The position numbers and the translations under genes are program-made. The notes under the pieces are model-generated. The model worked only from the letters and a program-made list of their open reading frames with translations. It was not told the DNA's origin and did not search any database. A stretch of 64,000 nt of DNA. It comes from an uncultured Chlamydiae bacterium. GTDB lineage: Bacteria; Chlamydiota; Chlamydiia; Chlamydiales; SM23-39. This document shows positions 10,250-19,291 of the stretch, in pieces; the first letter of the stretch is position 1; the number at the start of each line of letters is the position of its first letter. The stretch covers positions 64,001 through 128,000 of the forward strand of contig CAWHDP010000001.1 of NCBI GenBank assembly GCA_963828125.1, written 5' to 3'.

Positions 10250-12253
10250 ATGGACGAAGATTTGAAAAAGCAGCTTGGCAAAATAGCGAATACAATCCGG
10301 CAACTCTCGATTGAGGCCGTGCAAAAAGCGAACTCGGGCCATCCTGGGATGCCGATGGGGTGCGCCGAGATCGGCGCCTATCTTTACGGAGTCCTCCTCA
10401 AACACAATCCGAAAAATTCGAAATGGCCAAATAGAGATCGGCTCGTCCTCTCTGCCGGGCATGGCTCGATGTGGCTCTATTCGTGCCTTCATCTGGCCGG
10501 CTTTAAGCTCTCTTTAGACGAGATCAAGCGGTTCCGCCAGCTTCACTCTCATACTCCGGGCCACCCCGAATATGGCCTGACTGACGGGGTTGAGGCGACC
10601 ACCGGCCCCCTCGGACAGGGGATCGGGAACGGAGTCGGCATGGCGCTCGGGCTCAAGCTTCTCGCCGCGAAATTTAACCGTGAAGATTACCCCCTCTTCA
10701 ACAGCAAGGTCTATTGCCTCGCCGGCGACGGGTGCATGATGGAGGGGATCTCCTCCGAGGCCTCCTCATTGGCCGGCCACCTCAAAATCGACAACCTTGT
10801 CCTCATCTACGACGCCAACAATATCTGTCTGGACGGCCCTCTCTCGGAATGCATGTCTGAAGACACCAAAACCCGCTACAAGGCATATGGTTGGGACGTC
10901 TTCGAGTGCGACGGATACGATTTCGATCAAATGCAAGCCATTTTTAGCCAGATCCGGCAGAGCCAAGAGAGGCCTGTCCTCATTGTATTGCGCACGATCA
11001 TCGGCAAAGGCTCGCCCCACAAAGCGGGGACTCACAAGGTTCATGGCTCTCCGCTTGGAGCCGAAGAGCTCGCAGAGACGAAAGAGCTGCTCGGACTTCC
11101 CAAAGAGGAATTTTACATTCCGCAATCGGTCCGCGCCTTTTTTGAACACAAGGTTGTGAAAGACGCCGCTCAAGAAGCTGAGTGGAAAGAGATGTTTCGG
11201 AGGTGGGGAAACGCCTACCCTGACCTCGCTGCCGAGTATGACAAGATGCAGAAATCCTATCTGCCAGCCGATTTGGAAGAGATGCTGAAAAAGATCGAAA
11301 TGAAATCGCCCATGGCGACTAGAGCCTCCTCCGGCGCCTGTATCCAGGTTCTTGCGAAAGCCCTCCCGCAGCTCTACGGCGGTTCGGCCGATCTCTCTGG
11401 CTCTGACGACACAATGATGAAAGGGTACCCCATCGTCACGCCAGGCAATTTTCATGGCCGCAATATGAAATACGGCGTCCGGGAATTTGCCATGGCGGCC
11501 GTTTCGAGCGGCCTTTCCTTAACCGGCATGATACAGCCGTTTTGCGGCACCTTCCTCACGTTCAGCGATTACATGCGCAATGCCATTCGGCTGGCTGCCC
11601 TCTCTCCCTACCATGTGATCTATCAATTTACCCACGACTCGATCTTTCTCGGCGAAGACGGCCCTACCCACCAGCCGATCGAACACCTCGCCGCTCTCCG
11701 CGCGATGCCCCATCTGCACGTGATCCGCCCCGGCGACTCGCATGAAGTGCGGATGGCCTGGATCGCCGCCCTCCGCTACAAAGGGCCAACCGCCCTGATC
11801 CTCTCGCGGCAAGGGCTGCCTGATCTTGAGCAGACCAATGTCCCCTATGATCAAGGAGTCGGCAGAGGAGCGTACATCATCAAAAAAGAGAAAGGGCGCC
11901 CCGATTTTACCCTCTTTTCGACCGGCTCTGAGCTCTTCCTCTCTATGGAGGCCGCCTCCAGTTTAGAAAAATTAGGCAAACATGTCCGCGTTGTTTCGAT
12001 GCCTTGCTGGGCGATTTTCGAAAAGCAGCCCGAGGAGTATAAAAAAACGGTTATGGAGGGGGATCTTGGCGTCCGCGTGGCCATCGAAGCGGGAACCGAT
12101 TTTGGCTGGCACAAATATATTGGCCGCCACGGTATTGCGATCTGCATGGAAGGGTTTGGCCACTCAGCTCCAGCCGCCGATCTTGCAGGAGAGTTTGGTT
12201 TTACCGCAGACGCCATCGTAGAACGGCTCCTGAATGCTCCTCGCGGCTCTTAA
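10250..12253 (+). CDS. tkt: Transketolase
   Basis: Motifs SGHPGMPMG, GDGCMMEG (TPP-binding) and THDSIFLGEDGPTHQP. Confidence 0.98.
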   Translation: MDEDLKKQLGKIANTIRQLSIEAVQKANSGHPGMPMGCAEIGAYLYGVLLKHNPKNSKWPNRDRLVLSAGHGSMWLYSCLHLAGFKLSLDEIKRFRQLHSHTPGHPEYGLTDGVEATTGPLGQGIGNGVGMALGLKLLAAKFNREDYPLFNSKVYCLAGDGCMMEGISSEASSLAGHLKIDNLVLIYDANNICLDGPLSECMSEDTKTRYKAYGWDVFECDGYDFDQMQAIFSQIRQSQERPVLIVLRTIIGKGSPHKAGTHKVHGSPLGAEELAETKELLGLPKEEFYIPQSVRAFFEHKVVKDAAQEAEWKEMFRRWGNAYPDLAAEYDKMQKSYLPADLEEMLKKIEMKSPMATRASSGACIQVLAKALPQLYGGSADLSGSDDTMMKGYPIVTPGNFHGRNMKYGVREFAMAAVSSGLSLTGMIQPFCGTFLTFSDYMRNAIRLAALSPYHVIYQFTHDSIFLGEDGPTHQPIEHLAALRAMPHLHVIRPGDSHEVRMAWIAALRYKGPTALILSRQGLPDLEQTNVPYDQGVGRGAYIIKKEKGRPDFTLFSTGSELFLSMEAASSLEKLGKHVRVVSMPCWAIFEKQPEEYKKTVMEGDLGVRVAIEAGTDFGWHKYIGRHGIAICMEGFGHSAPAADLAGEFGFTADAIVERLLNAPRGS

Positions 12254-13136
12254 AGGGGAAAACCGGGGAAGACCCCCCGTTTGGCTCATGCGCCAAGCGG
12301 GGAGGTATATGCCCTCCTATCGGAAGCTCAGACAAAAGCACTCCTTAAAGGAGCTTTTTTTTACCCCAGAGCTTGCCGCAGAGGTGACCCTCATGCCCGT
12401 CGAACAGCTAGGCGTTGACGCGGCCATCCTTTTTTCCGACATTTCGGTCGTCGCCTTGCCCCTCGGCTTCACCCTCGATTTTGCGGAAGGGCCCGCCATT
12501 CAAGGGAAGCTCCAAAGGCGCTCTATCGAGACGCTCGAGCCGATCGCCGAGGCGATCCGGCTCATCCGGCCTCAGCTGAAGGTCCCTCTCATCGGATTTT
12601 GCGGCGGCCCCTACACGGTCGCAAGCTACATCAATGGCGATGAGGCCCTCTTGGAGCCAATCACCGAAGTGACTATTGAGTATATCCGCATGCAGGAGCG
12701 CGCGGGCGTCGATGCGATCCAAATTTTCGATTCATGGGCAGGGCGGTTGACAAAAAGAGAATTTCGGAGCTTGTGCGTCCCTTATTTAAAAAGGCTCATC
12801 GATGCGACAAACGTCCCGGTGATTCTGTTTATGCGAGGAGCGAGTCAGCACATCGAAGAGCTTGTGAAGCTCGGGCCCGACGCCATCAGCTTCGATTGGG
12901 AAAAGTCCCTTTCAGAGCTCCGCAGGGAAGTTCCAATGGCGCTGCAGGGGAATCTAAACCCCGATTTGCTCTACGAACCTCTCCCTGTCATCCGGCAAAA
13001 GACAATTGAACTGATCGATTCGATGAAAGGGGATCCCGGATTTATCGTGAATCTAGGCCATGGCGTCAAGCCCGATGTCCCTATTGAGGCTGTTCAATGC
13101 CTCGTCGATACAGCGAGACTCTGTCGCTATCCTTGA
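12234..13136 (+). CDS. hemE: Uroporphyrinogen decarboxylase
   Basis: Motifs PVWLMRQAGRYM, AAILFSDI and NLGHG. Confidence 0.95.
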   Translation: MLLAALKGENRGRPPVWLMRQAGRYMPSYRKLRQKHSLKELFFTPELAAEVTLMPVEQLGVDAAILFSDISVVALPLGFTLDFAEGPAIQGKLQRRSIETLEPIAEAIRLIRPQLKVPLIGFCGGPYTVASYINGDEALLEPITEVTIEYIRMQERAGVDAIQIFDSWAGRLTKREFRSLCVPYLKRLIDATNVPVILFMRGASQHIEELVKLGPDAISFDWEKSLSELRREVPMALQGNLNPDLLYEPLPVIRQKTIELIDSMKGDPGFIVNLGHGVKPDVPIEAVQCLVDTARLCRYP

Positions 13137-13342
13137 AGATCAGACTCCATATCGACCAAACGGAGCTTTTGTATCATGACCGCCAACGTCTTTACACATC
13201 TTGTTTGGTAAGCTTGTATTGCCGTTTTAATGCGATTTATTTGCTCTTTATCGATTTCCGGATCTAGAGGGGACAATTGCCGCTCCAGCCTACCTATTTT
13301 TATATTCATCTGCAGGATATCAAATCTATAAGAACAGATCAA
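13127..13342 (-). CDS. Hypothetical protein; frame stays open upstream to ~13517
   Basis: Coiled-coil-like ORF inside an AT-rich insert; no recognisable motif. Confidence 0.4.
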   Translation of the reverse strand: MICSYRFDILQMNIKIGRLERQLSPLDPEIDKEQINRIKTAIQAYQTRCVKTLAVMIQKLRLVDMESDLQG

Positions 13343-13664
13343 AGATTGCCCGTTTGCGGGAATGGCTAGAGATAATCTGCGTACAGATTCAATGTTATCC
13401 CAGACTTCCTTGGATAGCCCAATCTGGCGACAGCAGTCATCATTGGTTTTTTTTATTTGATTTGAGGGGGCGATATGAGTGATGTTAATAAAAATTCCTT
13501 TGATTGTTTTTTTTCTTTACACTGTTAAATATTTTCACCATCTTTCGATCTTTAAAATGGGTTGTGTGACTATCTGTACATTCATAATGTTCATTAATTG
13601 TTTTAATATATTCAAGTATTGTATATTATTCGCGAATTATCTTAAAGTTATAAATGAAATTACT

Positions 13665-13712
13665 TATACTGCGGCCACCCCAAAAGTGTGAATTTGGGGT
13701 GGCCGCAGTATA
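13665..13712. repeat. Element B, 44-bp hairpin (13667-13710) flanked by TA
   Basis: ta-tactgcggccaccccaaa-agtgtgaa-tttggggtggccgcagta-ta; perfect 18-bp stem. Confidence 0.9.
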
Positions 13713-13842
13713 TCATCTTTATAATGAACGGGTAAAGTCAGGTTATCTATTTCTCCCGACATTGTGCGGATAGTCTCATGGATATCCAGAAAATGTCTTC
13801 CCAAAAGAGAGACAAAAGTCTATCGTCCTTTTCTAGAAATCG

Positions 13843-15177
13843 ATGCAAAATGACCTCATTCAAGTAGACCTTTCTCTCTTGGCGAAGTGGAACCGTCCAG
13901 CGCCCCGCTATACGAGCTATCCGACGGCGCCCCAATTCCAACCTGTGGAGGAGGGGTTGCTGATTGAGAAATTGCGAATTTTTGACGCGGCCGGCAAACC
14001 CTTATCTCTATATTTTCATATCCCATTTTGCAAGACGATGTGTCTATTTTGCGGTTGTTCGGTTGTTCTCAATCGGAAACCGGAAAGGCAAAGCCTCTAC
14101 TTAGCTCATCTCCTCAAGGAAATAGAACTTGTCGCAAACCATTTTTCCTCAAGACGCGCCGTCATGCAGCTCCACCTTGGCGGAGGAACCCCGACATCGT
14201 TGACGGAAGGGGAGCTGGAGATTTTGATGGGGACGATTGAGCGCTATTTTGTCCTGGCGCCGGGGGCGGAAGTGTCGATCGAGATCGATCCGAGGACGGT
14301 CTATGCGGATCAGGGACGCAAGCTCGCTGTTTTGAAGCAGCTTGGGTTCAACCGGATCAGTTTTGGGGTTCAAGATCTCGATCCGATTGTGCAAGAGGCG
14401 GTCCGCCGTCGGCAGAGCGAAGAGATGACCGTTTCTACGTATTATAAAGCTCGCGAGCTCGGCTTTGAAGGGATCAATATCGATCTCATTTACGGCTTGC
14501 CCCATCAAACAATCGAGCGGTTTGCTAAGACGGCTGATAAACTCATCGAGCTGAAGCCCGACCGGATCGCTTTCTATTCCTATGCGAAAATCCCGTGGCT
14601 CAAAGAACATCAAAAAGCGATTTCCGAAGAGACCCTGCCCTCTACGGAAGAGAAATTTGGCATCTATATCGATGCGAGGGCCCGGTTTATGAAGAGCGGC
14701 TATACAGCGATCGGCATGGATCACTTTGCCCTTGCTGCCGACCCGATGTCGAAAGCCTATTTTGCCAAAACGCTCACCCGCAATTTTCAGGGCTACGCCG
14801 TCCAGCTTGCAGAGGACATGATCGGGTTCGGCCTCACCTCAATCGGCTTTTTAGAAAACACCTATTTCCAAAATAACAAAGACCTCTTATCCTATCAGAC
14901 GGCCATTGGAGAGGGCCGTCTGCCTGTGGAGAGAGGATATGCTCTGAACATGGGAGACATTCGCCGCCGCAATATCATCCAAGCCCTCATGTGCCATTTT
15001 GAGGTCGATAAAGAGGGCCTTCCGCCTGCCGATATTGAACCTCTCAAAACGGACGGGCTTCTCATGGAGACGGACGACAAACTCATTGCGACGCCCCTTG
15101 GCCGTCTCTTTATCCGGCTTATCGCATCGGCCTTTGATTCCTATATCGATAAAGGGCAATTTTCGAGGGTCGTATGA
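13843..15177 (+). CDS. hemN: Oxygen-independent coproporphyrinogen III oxidase (radical SAM)
   Basis: Motifs PRYTSYPTA, CxxxCxxC (CKTMCLFC), GGGTP and RNFQGY. Confidence 0.96.
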   Translation: MQNDLIQVDLSLLAKWNRPAPRYTSYPTAPQFQPVEEGLLIEKLRIFDAAGKPLSLYFHIPFCKTMCLFCGCSVVLNRKPERQSLYLAHLLKEIELVANHFSSRRAVMQLHLGGGTPTSLTEGELEILMGTIERYFVLAPGAEVSIEIDPRTVYADQGRKLAVLKQLGFNRISFGVQDLDPIVQEAVRRRQSEEMTVSTYYKARELGFEGINIDLIYGLPHQTIERFAKTADKLIELKPDRIAFYSYAKIPWLKEHQKAISEETLPSTEEKFGIYIDARARFMKSGYTAIGMDHFALAADPMSKAYFAKTLTRNFQGYAVQLAEDMIGFGLTSIGFLENTYFQNNKDLLSYQTAIGEGRLPVERGYALNMGDIRRRNIIQALMCHFEVDKEGLPPADIEPLKTDGLLMETDDKLIATPLGRLFIRLIASAFDSYIDKGQFSRVV

Positions 15178-16286
15178 AAATTCTCATCATCGGGGGAGGG
15201 ATTACAGGGCTCAGCGCGGCATGGTATGCTCATAAGCGGTATCCGGACGCTCACATTACCCTCCTTGAAAAGAGCGGGCGGCTCGGCGGTTGGATTCGCA
15301 CTGTGATTGAAGGGGGATTTCTCTTTGAAAAGGGCCCTCGCACATTCCAGTCGGGACGCAGTCCCCATCTCCTTGCCCTCATCCGGGATCTAAAACTCGA
15401 GATCATCCCCTCCGATCCCGCGGCCGCCAAGCGGTTCATCCTGCACAAGGGGAGTCTCCGTTCTGCCGGTTCGTTTTTGCCGAAACTGATCCCCTATCTG
15501 ATTCGCGAACTTTTCATCCCTCCGTCAAGCGCGCCAGACGAATCGATCTACGATTTTGCCGCAAGGAGATTCAGCCCGCACATTGCCGAGACCCTTTTTG
15601 ATCCGCTCACGCTCGGCGTCTATGCCGGCGATATCCGGAAACTCTCGATCCGCGCCTGTTTTCCCGCCTTCTACAAATGGGAACGGGAAAAAGGCTCTCT
15701 TCTCCGCGGTCTCCTCTCGTCCCCAAAAACAGCAAAAGGGCTCTTCACTCTTAAAAATGGGATGGAAACCTTGATTCACGAATTGCAAAAACAGCTCCCG
15801 ATCGATATCGTCTTCGATTGTCCGGCCGAGACAATCACCGCGCATGAGGTCTTTGCGCAGGGCCAAACATGGCATGCCGACCAGGTCTTCTCTGCACTGC
15901 CTCCTCTATGCCCCACCCGCTCGATTTGGGTCGTGAATCTCGCCTTTGCAGACGACGTCCTTTCCAAAAAAGGGTTCGGCTATCTTGTTCCGACTCAAGA
16001 GAAGGAGGGGCTCCTTGGCGTTATTTTTGATTCGGCGATCTTTCCTCAGCAGAACCGGTCAGGGGAAACGCGTCTCACCGCGATGATCCGCGGCGAAGAG
16101 AGCGAACCCTTGCCAACCGCTCTCAGCGCTCTTAAGCGCCACTTAGGGGTTGTCGCAGAGCCGCTTTTTGCCTCCACATTTTTAGCGAAAGAGGCCATCC
16201 CCCAATTCGAAGTTGGATGCATAGCGAGGGGCGTCTCGGTCGATGCGTGCATCCAGAGGGGGATGGAATTTGTAGGGCGATTTTAG
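15174..16286 (+). CDS. hemG: Protoporphyrinogen oxidase (HemY type), compact
   Basis: FAD motif IIGGGITGL, plus GGWIRT, EKGP and GFGYLVP; overlaps hemN stop. Confidence 0.88.
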   Translation: MKILIIGGGITGLSAAWYAHKRYPDAHITLLEKSGRLGGWIRTVIEGGFLFEKGPRTFQSGRSPHLLALIRDLKLEIIPSDPAAAKRFILHKGSLRSAGSFLPKLIPYLIRELFIPPSSAPDESIYDFAARRFSPHIAETLFDPLTLGVYAGDIRKLSIRACFPAFYKWEREKGSLLRGLLSSPKTAKGLFTLKNGMETLIHELQKQLPIDIVFDCPAETITAHEVFAQGQTWHADQVFSALPPLCPTRSIWVVNLAFADDVLSKKGFGYLVPTQEKEGLLGVIFDSAIFPQQNRSGETRLTAMIRGEESEPLPTALSALKRHLGVVAEPLFASTFLAKEAIPQFEVGCIARGVSVDACIQRGMEFVGRF

Positions 16287-16546
16287 GATTCAAACAGGCT
16301 GATGGGGCCGCCAGCCGCTGCGATCTTTTTGAGTTCCTCTGCGGATAAGCCTTCTGGTTGTATGGGTAAAATAAAATTCAATTCTTGCTCGTTATTTTCC
16401 CTGATCTTGACCCTTCTCCCCTGGGTATTGATCCCATTTTCCTTCAACACTTTATCGGGGTGTGTCAGCAGCTCCTTTTTAAATTGGGGATCTGTCCATG
16501 CCTTGACTACGATTTGAGACCATTTTTTGTTTTGTTTCATATTCAT
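16283..16546 (-). CDS. NHLP (nitrile hydratase leader peptide) family RiPP precursor
   Basis: IVVKAWTDPQFKKELLTHP...ILP...LSAEELKKIAAAGG leader, then a 7-aa tail PISLFES. Confidence 0.8.
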   Translation of the reverse strand: MNMKQNKKWSQIVVKAWTDPQFKKELLTHPDKVLKENGINTQGRRVKIRENNEQELNFILPIQPEGLSAEELKKIAAAGGPISLFES

Positions 16547-16557
16547 ACCTTGCCTTC

Positions 16558-17403
16558 TTATTTAGAGTGGGCCAAAACGGCCACCTCTTCTGTGATTGTT
16601 TCTAACTGGTTCCATGATTTCATCAGGGCAGATCCTCTGCCAGGATGGGTTAAAAGTCGATTGATTCGCGTCCCATACTCGCGGGGCTTGATGAGGAAAG
16701 ACTCGGTCATTTTGATGGACCCTTTCTGAGTGGGAAAATAGACGCGGTTGAGGGCGAAGAGGATATATGTCAGATCTCTCACGACGGATGTGAGCGACTC
16801 GATAGCTCCATAGACGCAATCTCTCTCAGCGCATTTTTTCCCGGTATGCAAAGAGCGGCGGGCGTCTTGAAGCAAATCCCGGAGCAGCGCTTGTCGTAAC
16901 GGATCTGGATATTCTTGGACGGCTTGCTTCAGGAGAACCATTGTTTTTCGGGGGTCATAAAGAGGCGTTGAATAATAGGGGTATGCTAGGTAATTCGCGC
17001 TCAAAAATGGGTGGTCTTTCGTAAAGCGTCCTTGACGGGCCTCTCCGATCACCCGATGCATTTGATCGATACTCATTAAGATCCACTCGATAACGCCCGC
17101 TTCGGTGATCAGTGCGCCGCCTCCGTTTTTCCAAGGTCCACGTTCATAAACATCGTAAATCCGGGGTTCAAAAATTGTGAAATCACGCGCAATTTCGCGG
17201 ATATGTTCAATGTTTGGATACCTGTTTTCAAAATAATAAAGGCCGAGATCTATGTCTGAATGATCGTCAGCTGCGCCCCGTGCGTACGATCCGCCTAAAA
17301 TAATGCACTCGACGCCTGAAACCTGGGCCAGAGCTTGGACCATTTCTTCCACGATGACTTGCTTGAATTTTCCTAATTTATAGTCCATTTCGCCCGATTC
17401 CAT
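16558..17403 (-). CDS. Pol-beta-superfamily nucleotidyltransferase (DUF4037-like)
   Basis: LGGSYARG...SDIDLG motif, GPWKNGG and a helical C-terminal domain. Confidence 0.8.
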   Translation of the reverse strand: MESGEMDYKLGKFKQVIVEEMVQALAQVSGVECIILGGSYARGAADDHSDIDLGLYYFENRYPNIEHIREIARDFTIFEPRIYDVYERGPWKNGGGALITEAGVIEWILMSIDQMHRVIGEARQGRFTKDHPFLSANYLAYPYYSTPLYDPRKTMVLLKQAVQEYPDPLRQALLRDLLQDARRSLHTGKKCAERDCVYGAIESLTSVVRDLTYILFALNRVYFPTQKGSIKMTESFLIKPREYGTRINRLLTHPGRGSALMKSWNQLETITEEVAVLAHSK

Positions 17404-17485
17404 AAATGGCCGACGTCTAGTCAAAAACAGACATATCAGCACTACAATAATTTGTAAAAAAAAATTCTATGAAAATGGAAAATAT

Positions 17486-17767
17486 TTAGGGGGCGCGCTC
17501 GATCGCTTTCGCCGCGCGGGTATAGACTTTGGCGGTGTGGCGGTGATGAGTAAAATATTCATACATCGCTGCGGCTGACATCACAATAATTCCTATCCCA
17601 TACGGTAGAAAATTTATATTTAAAAAAATGATTGCCGCCACGCCAGCTACCAGCGCCGAAAGAGCAAGAAGGCTCTTTAAAATTGCTTTTCGGTACGCTT
17701 GTTTTTTTAAATCGTGTATTTCTTTATGAACTTCCACGTTTTTTTTTGGATTTGTTTCTATAGACAT
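17486..17767 (-). CDS. Small two-TM hypothetical membrane protein
   Basis: Bilobed hydrophobic stretch, Inc-like in shape. Confidence 0.55.
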   Translation of the reverse strand: MSIETNPKKNVEVHKEIHDLKKQAYRKAILKSLLALSALVAGVAAIIFLNINFLPYGIGIIVMSAAAMYEYFTHHRHTAKVYTRAAKAIERAP

Positions 17768-17840
17768 AAATAAATCTTCCCTTCATCGCCCCCAGTGATT
17801 ATACTTCGATTTTCCGTTTTTTTCTACTCTAATAAAAGAG

Positions 17841-17869
17841 TTGCAGTGGAGGAGAAAATCTAATATAAT
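17841..17869 (+). promoter_or_regulatory. Sigma70-type promoter of der
   Basis: TTGCAG-17 bp-TATAAT, 20 bp before the ATG. Confidence 0.65.
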
Positions 17870-17889
17870 CTGCGGCACAAAAGAAAATT

Positions 17890-19227
17890 ATGCAGCCAAA
17901 AATAGCTTTAGTCGGACGTCCCAACGTGGGAAAATCGGCCCTTTTCAATCGGATTTGCCAAAAGCGGATTTCTATTGTCGATGAACAAGAGGGGATCACG
18001 CGCGATCGGCTCTATGCCGAGACGGAGGCGTTCGGACGCCCTTTCACTTTGATCGATACCGGAGGGATCGACCCTTCGGAGAGAATGCTGTTCAATCAGG
18101 AGATTCGGCGTCAGGCTGAGATCGCGATTCATGAGGCCGACGCGGTGATTTTAGTGGTCGATGGTCAGGTGGGGCCTCATCCGTTAGATGAAGAGGTGGC
18201 CAAAATTTTGCTGCACGCCAAAAAGCCGATCGTTGTCGCTGTGAATAAAATCGATCAGATGAGCGATGAGGTGAAGATCCACGATTTCCATTCTTTAGCG
18301 GTGCGCGATTTGATCGGGGTTTCGGCGGCGCAAGGGTTTCAGATCGCAGAGTTGCTCGAAAAAGTGCTGGGGTTTGTCCCTGATGAAGGGGAGGCGGCTC
18401 CGGCCCCTCCGGGGGGGATTCGGGTGGCTATTGTGGGAAGGCCGAACGTCGGGAAGTCGACGCTTTTGAACCATCTTTTGCATGAGGAGCGCTCCATCGT
18501 AAGCCCAATTGCAGGGACAACGCGAGATGCGATCGACGCTTCGGTCAGTTACGAGGGACAGAATTACGTCTTGGTCGATACGGCGGGGATTCGGCGGAAG
18601 AAGGCAGAGAAAGAGGTGGTCGATAAGTTCGCGGCGATCCGGACGGAAGAGGCGGTCGCTAAGGCCGATGTGTGCTTGCTGGTGCTCGATTCGTTCGAGG
18701 GGTTTACGACGCAAGAAAAGAGGATTGCGAGTGAAATTGAGGCGAATGGAAAGAGCTGCATCCTTGTTTTCAATAAGTGGGATCTGATGAAAAACTTCCG
18801 GATGGAACATGCGATGAGAGGAGTGAAGGAAGAGATCCCCTTTTTAAATCACTGTCCGACGCTCTTTATCTCGGCGATCAAGGAGAGGAATCTGGACAAA
18901 ATTTTCCCGCTGATCAAGGAGGTCTATGCCGAGCGGCAAAAACGGATCACGACGGGGGGGCTTAATAAATTTATCGAGGGGTGTTTGCAGAAATACCACC
19001 CGCCCCTCATCATTGGAAAAAGACTCCGCATTTACTATATGACGCAGGTTGAAATCGACCCGCCGAAGTTTGTCCTTTTTGTCAATAATCCAACGCTGAT
19101 GACTGAGAGCTACAAAAAATATTTAATCAATAATTTTCGGGAAGTATATGGATTTAGCGGCTGCCCGCTGACTCTTGAATTGAGGGGAAAAGAGCCTCCG
19201 GCGCCGTCGGTTCCTCGTCTTCTATAG
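17890..19227 (+). CDS. der: Ribosome biogenesis GTPase Der (EngA)
   Basis: Two GRPNVGKS P-loops, DTGG/DTAG, NKID/NKWD and a KH-like C-terminus. Confidence 0.98.
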   Translation: MQPKIALVGRPNVGKSALFNRICQKRISIVDEQEGITRDRLYAETEAFGRPFTLIDTGGIDPSERMLFNQEIRRQAEIAIHEADAVILVVDGQVGPHPLDEEVAKILLHAKKPIVVAVNKIDQMSDEVKIHDFHSLAVRDLIGVSAAQGFQIAELLEKVLGFVPDEGEAAPAPPGGIRVAIVGRPNVGKSTLLNHLLHEERSIVSPIAGTTRDAIDASVSYEGQNYVLVDTAGIRRKKAEKEVVDKFAAIRTEEAVAKADVCLLVLDSFEGFTTQEKRIASEIEANGKSCILVFNKWDLMKNFRMEHAMRGVKEEIPFLNHCPTLFISAIKERNLDKIFPLIKEVYAERQKRITTGGLNKFIEGCLQKYHPPLIIGKRLRIYYMTQVEIDPPKFVLFVNNPTLMTESYKKYLINNFREVYGFSGCPLTLELRGKEPPAPSVPRLL

Positions 19228-19235
19228 CCTAAGGG

Positions 19236-19259
19236 CTAGCCCGCGGAAAAGCGGGCTAG
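19236..19259. repeat. Element A, minimal 16-bp remnant flanked by CTAG; likely acts as der terminator hairpin
   Basis: ctag-cccgcggaaaagcggg-ctag followed by a T-rich run. Confidence 0.7.
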
Positions 19260-19291
19260 TAATTTTTGTTTTCCCAATTTACACTCATCCT

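Noticed and set aside
13843..15177. Radical SAM gene as the maturase of the NHLP precursor
   Set aside because: It is a canonical HemN within the heme cluster, on the opposite strand, with no RRE or SPASM features.
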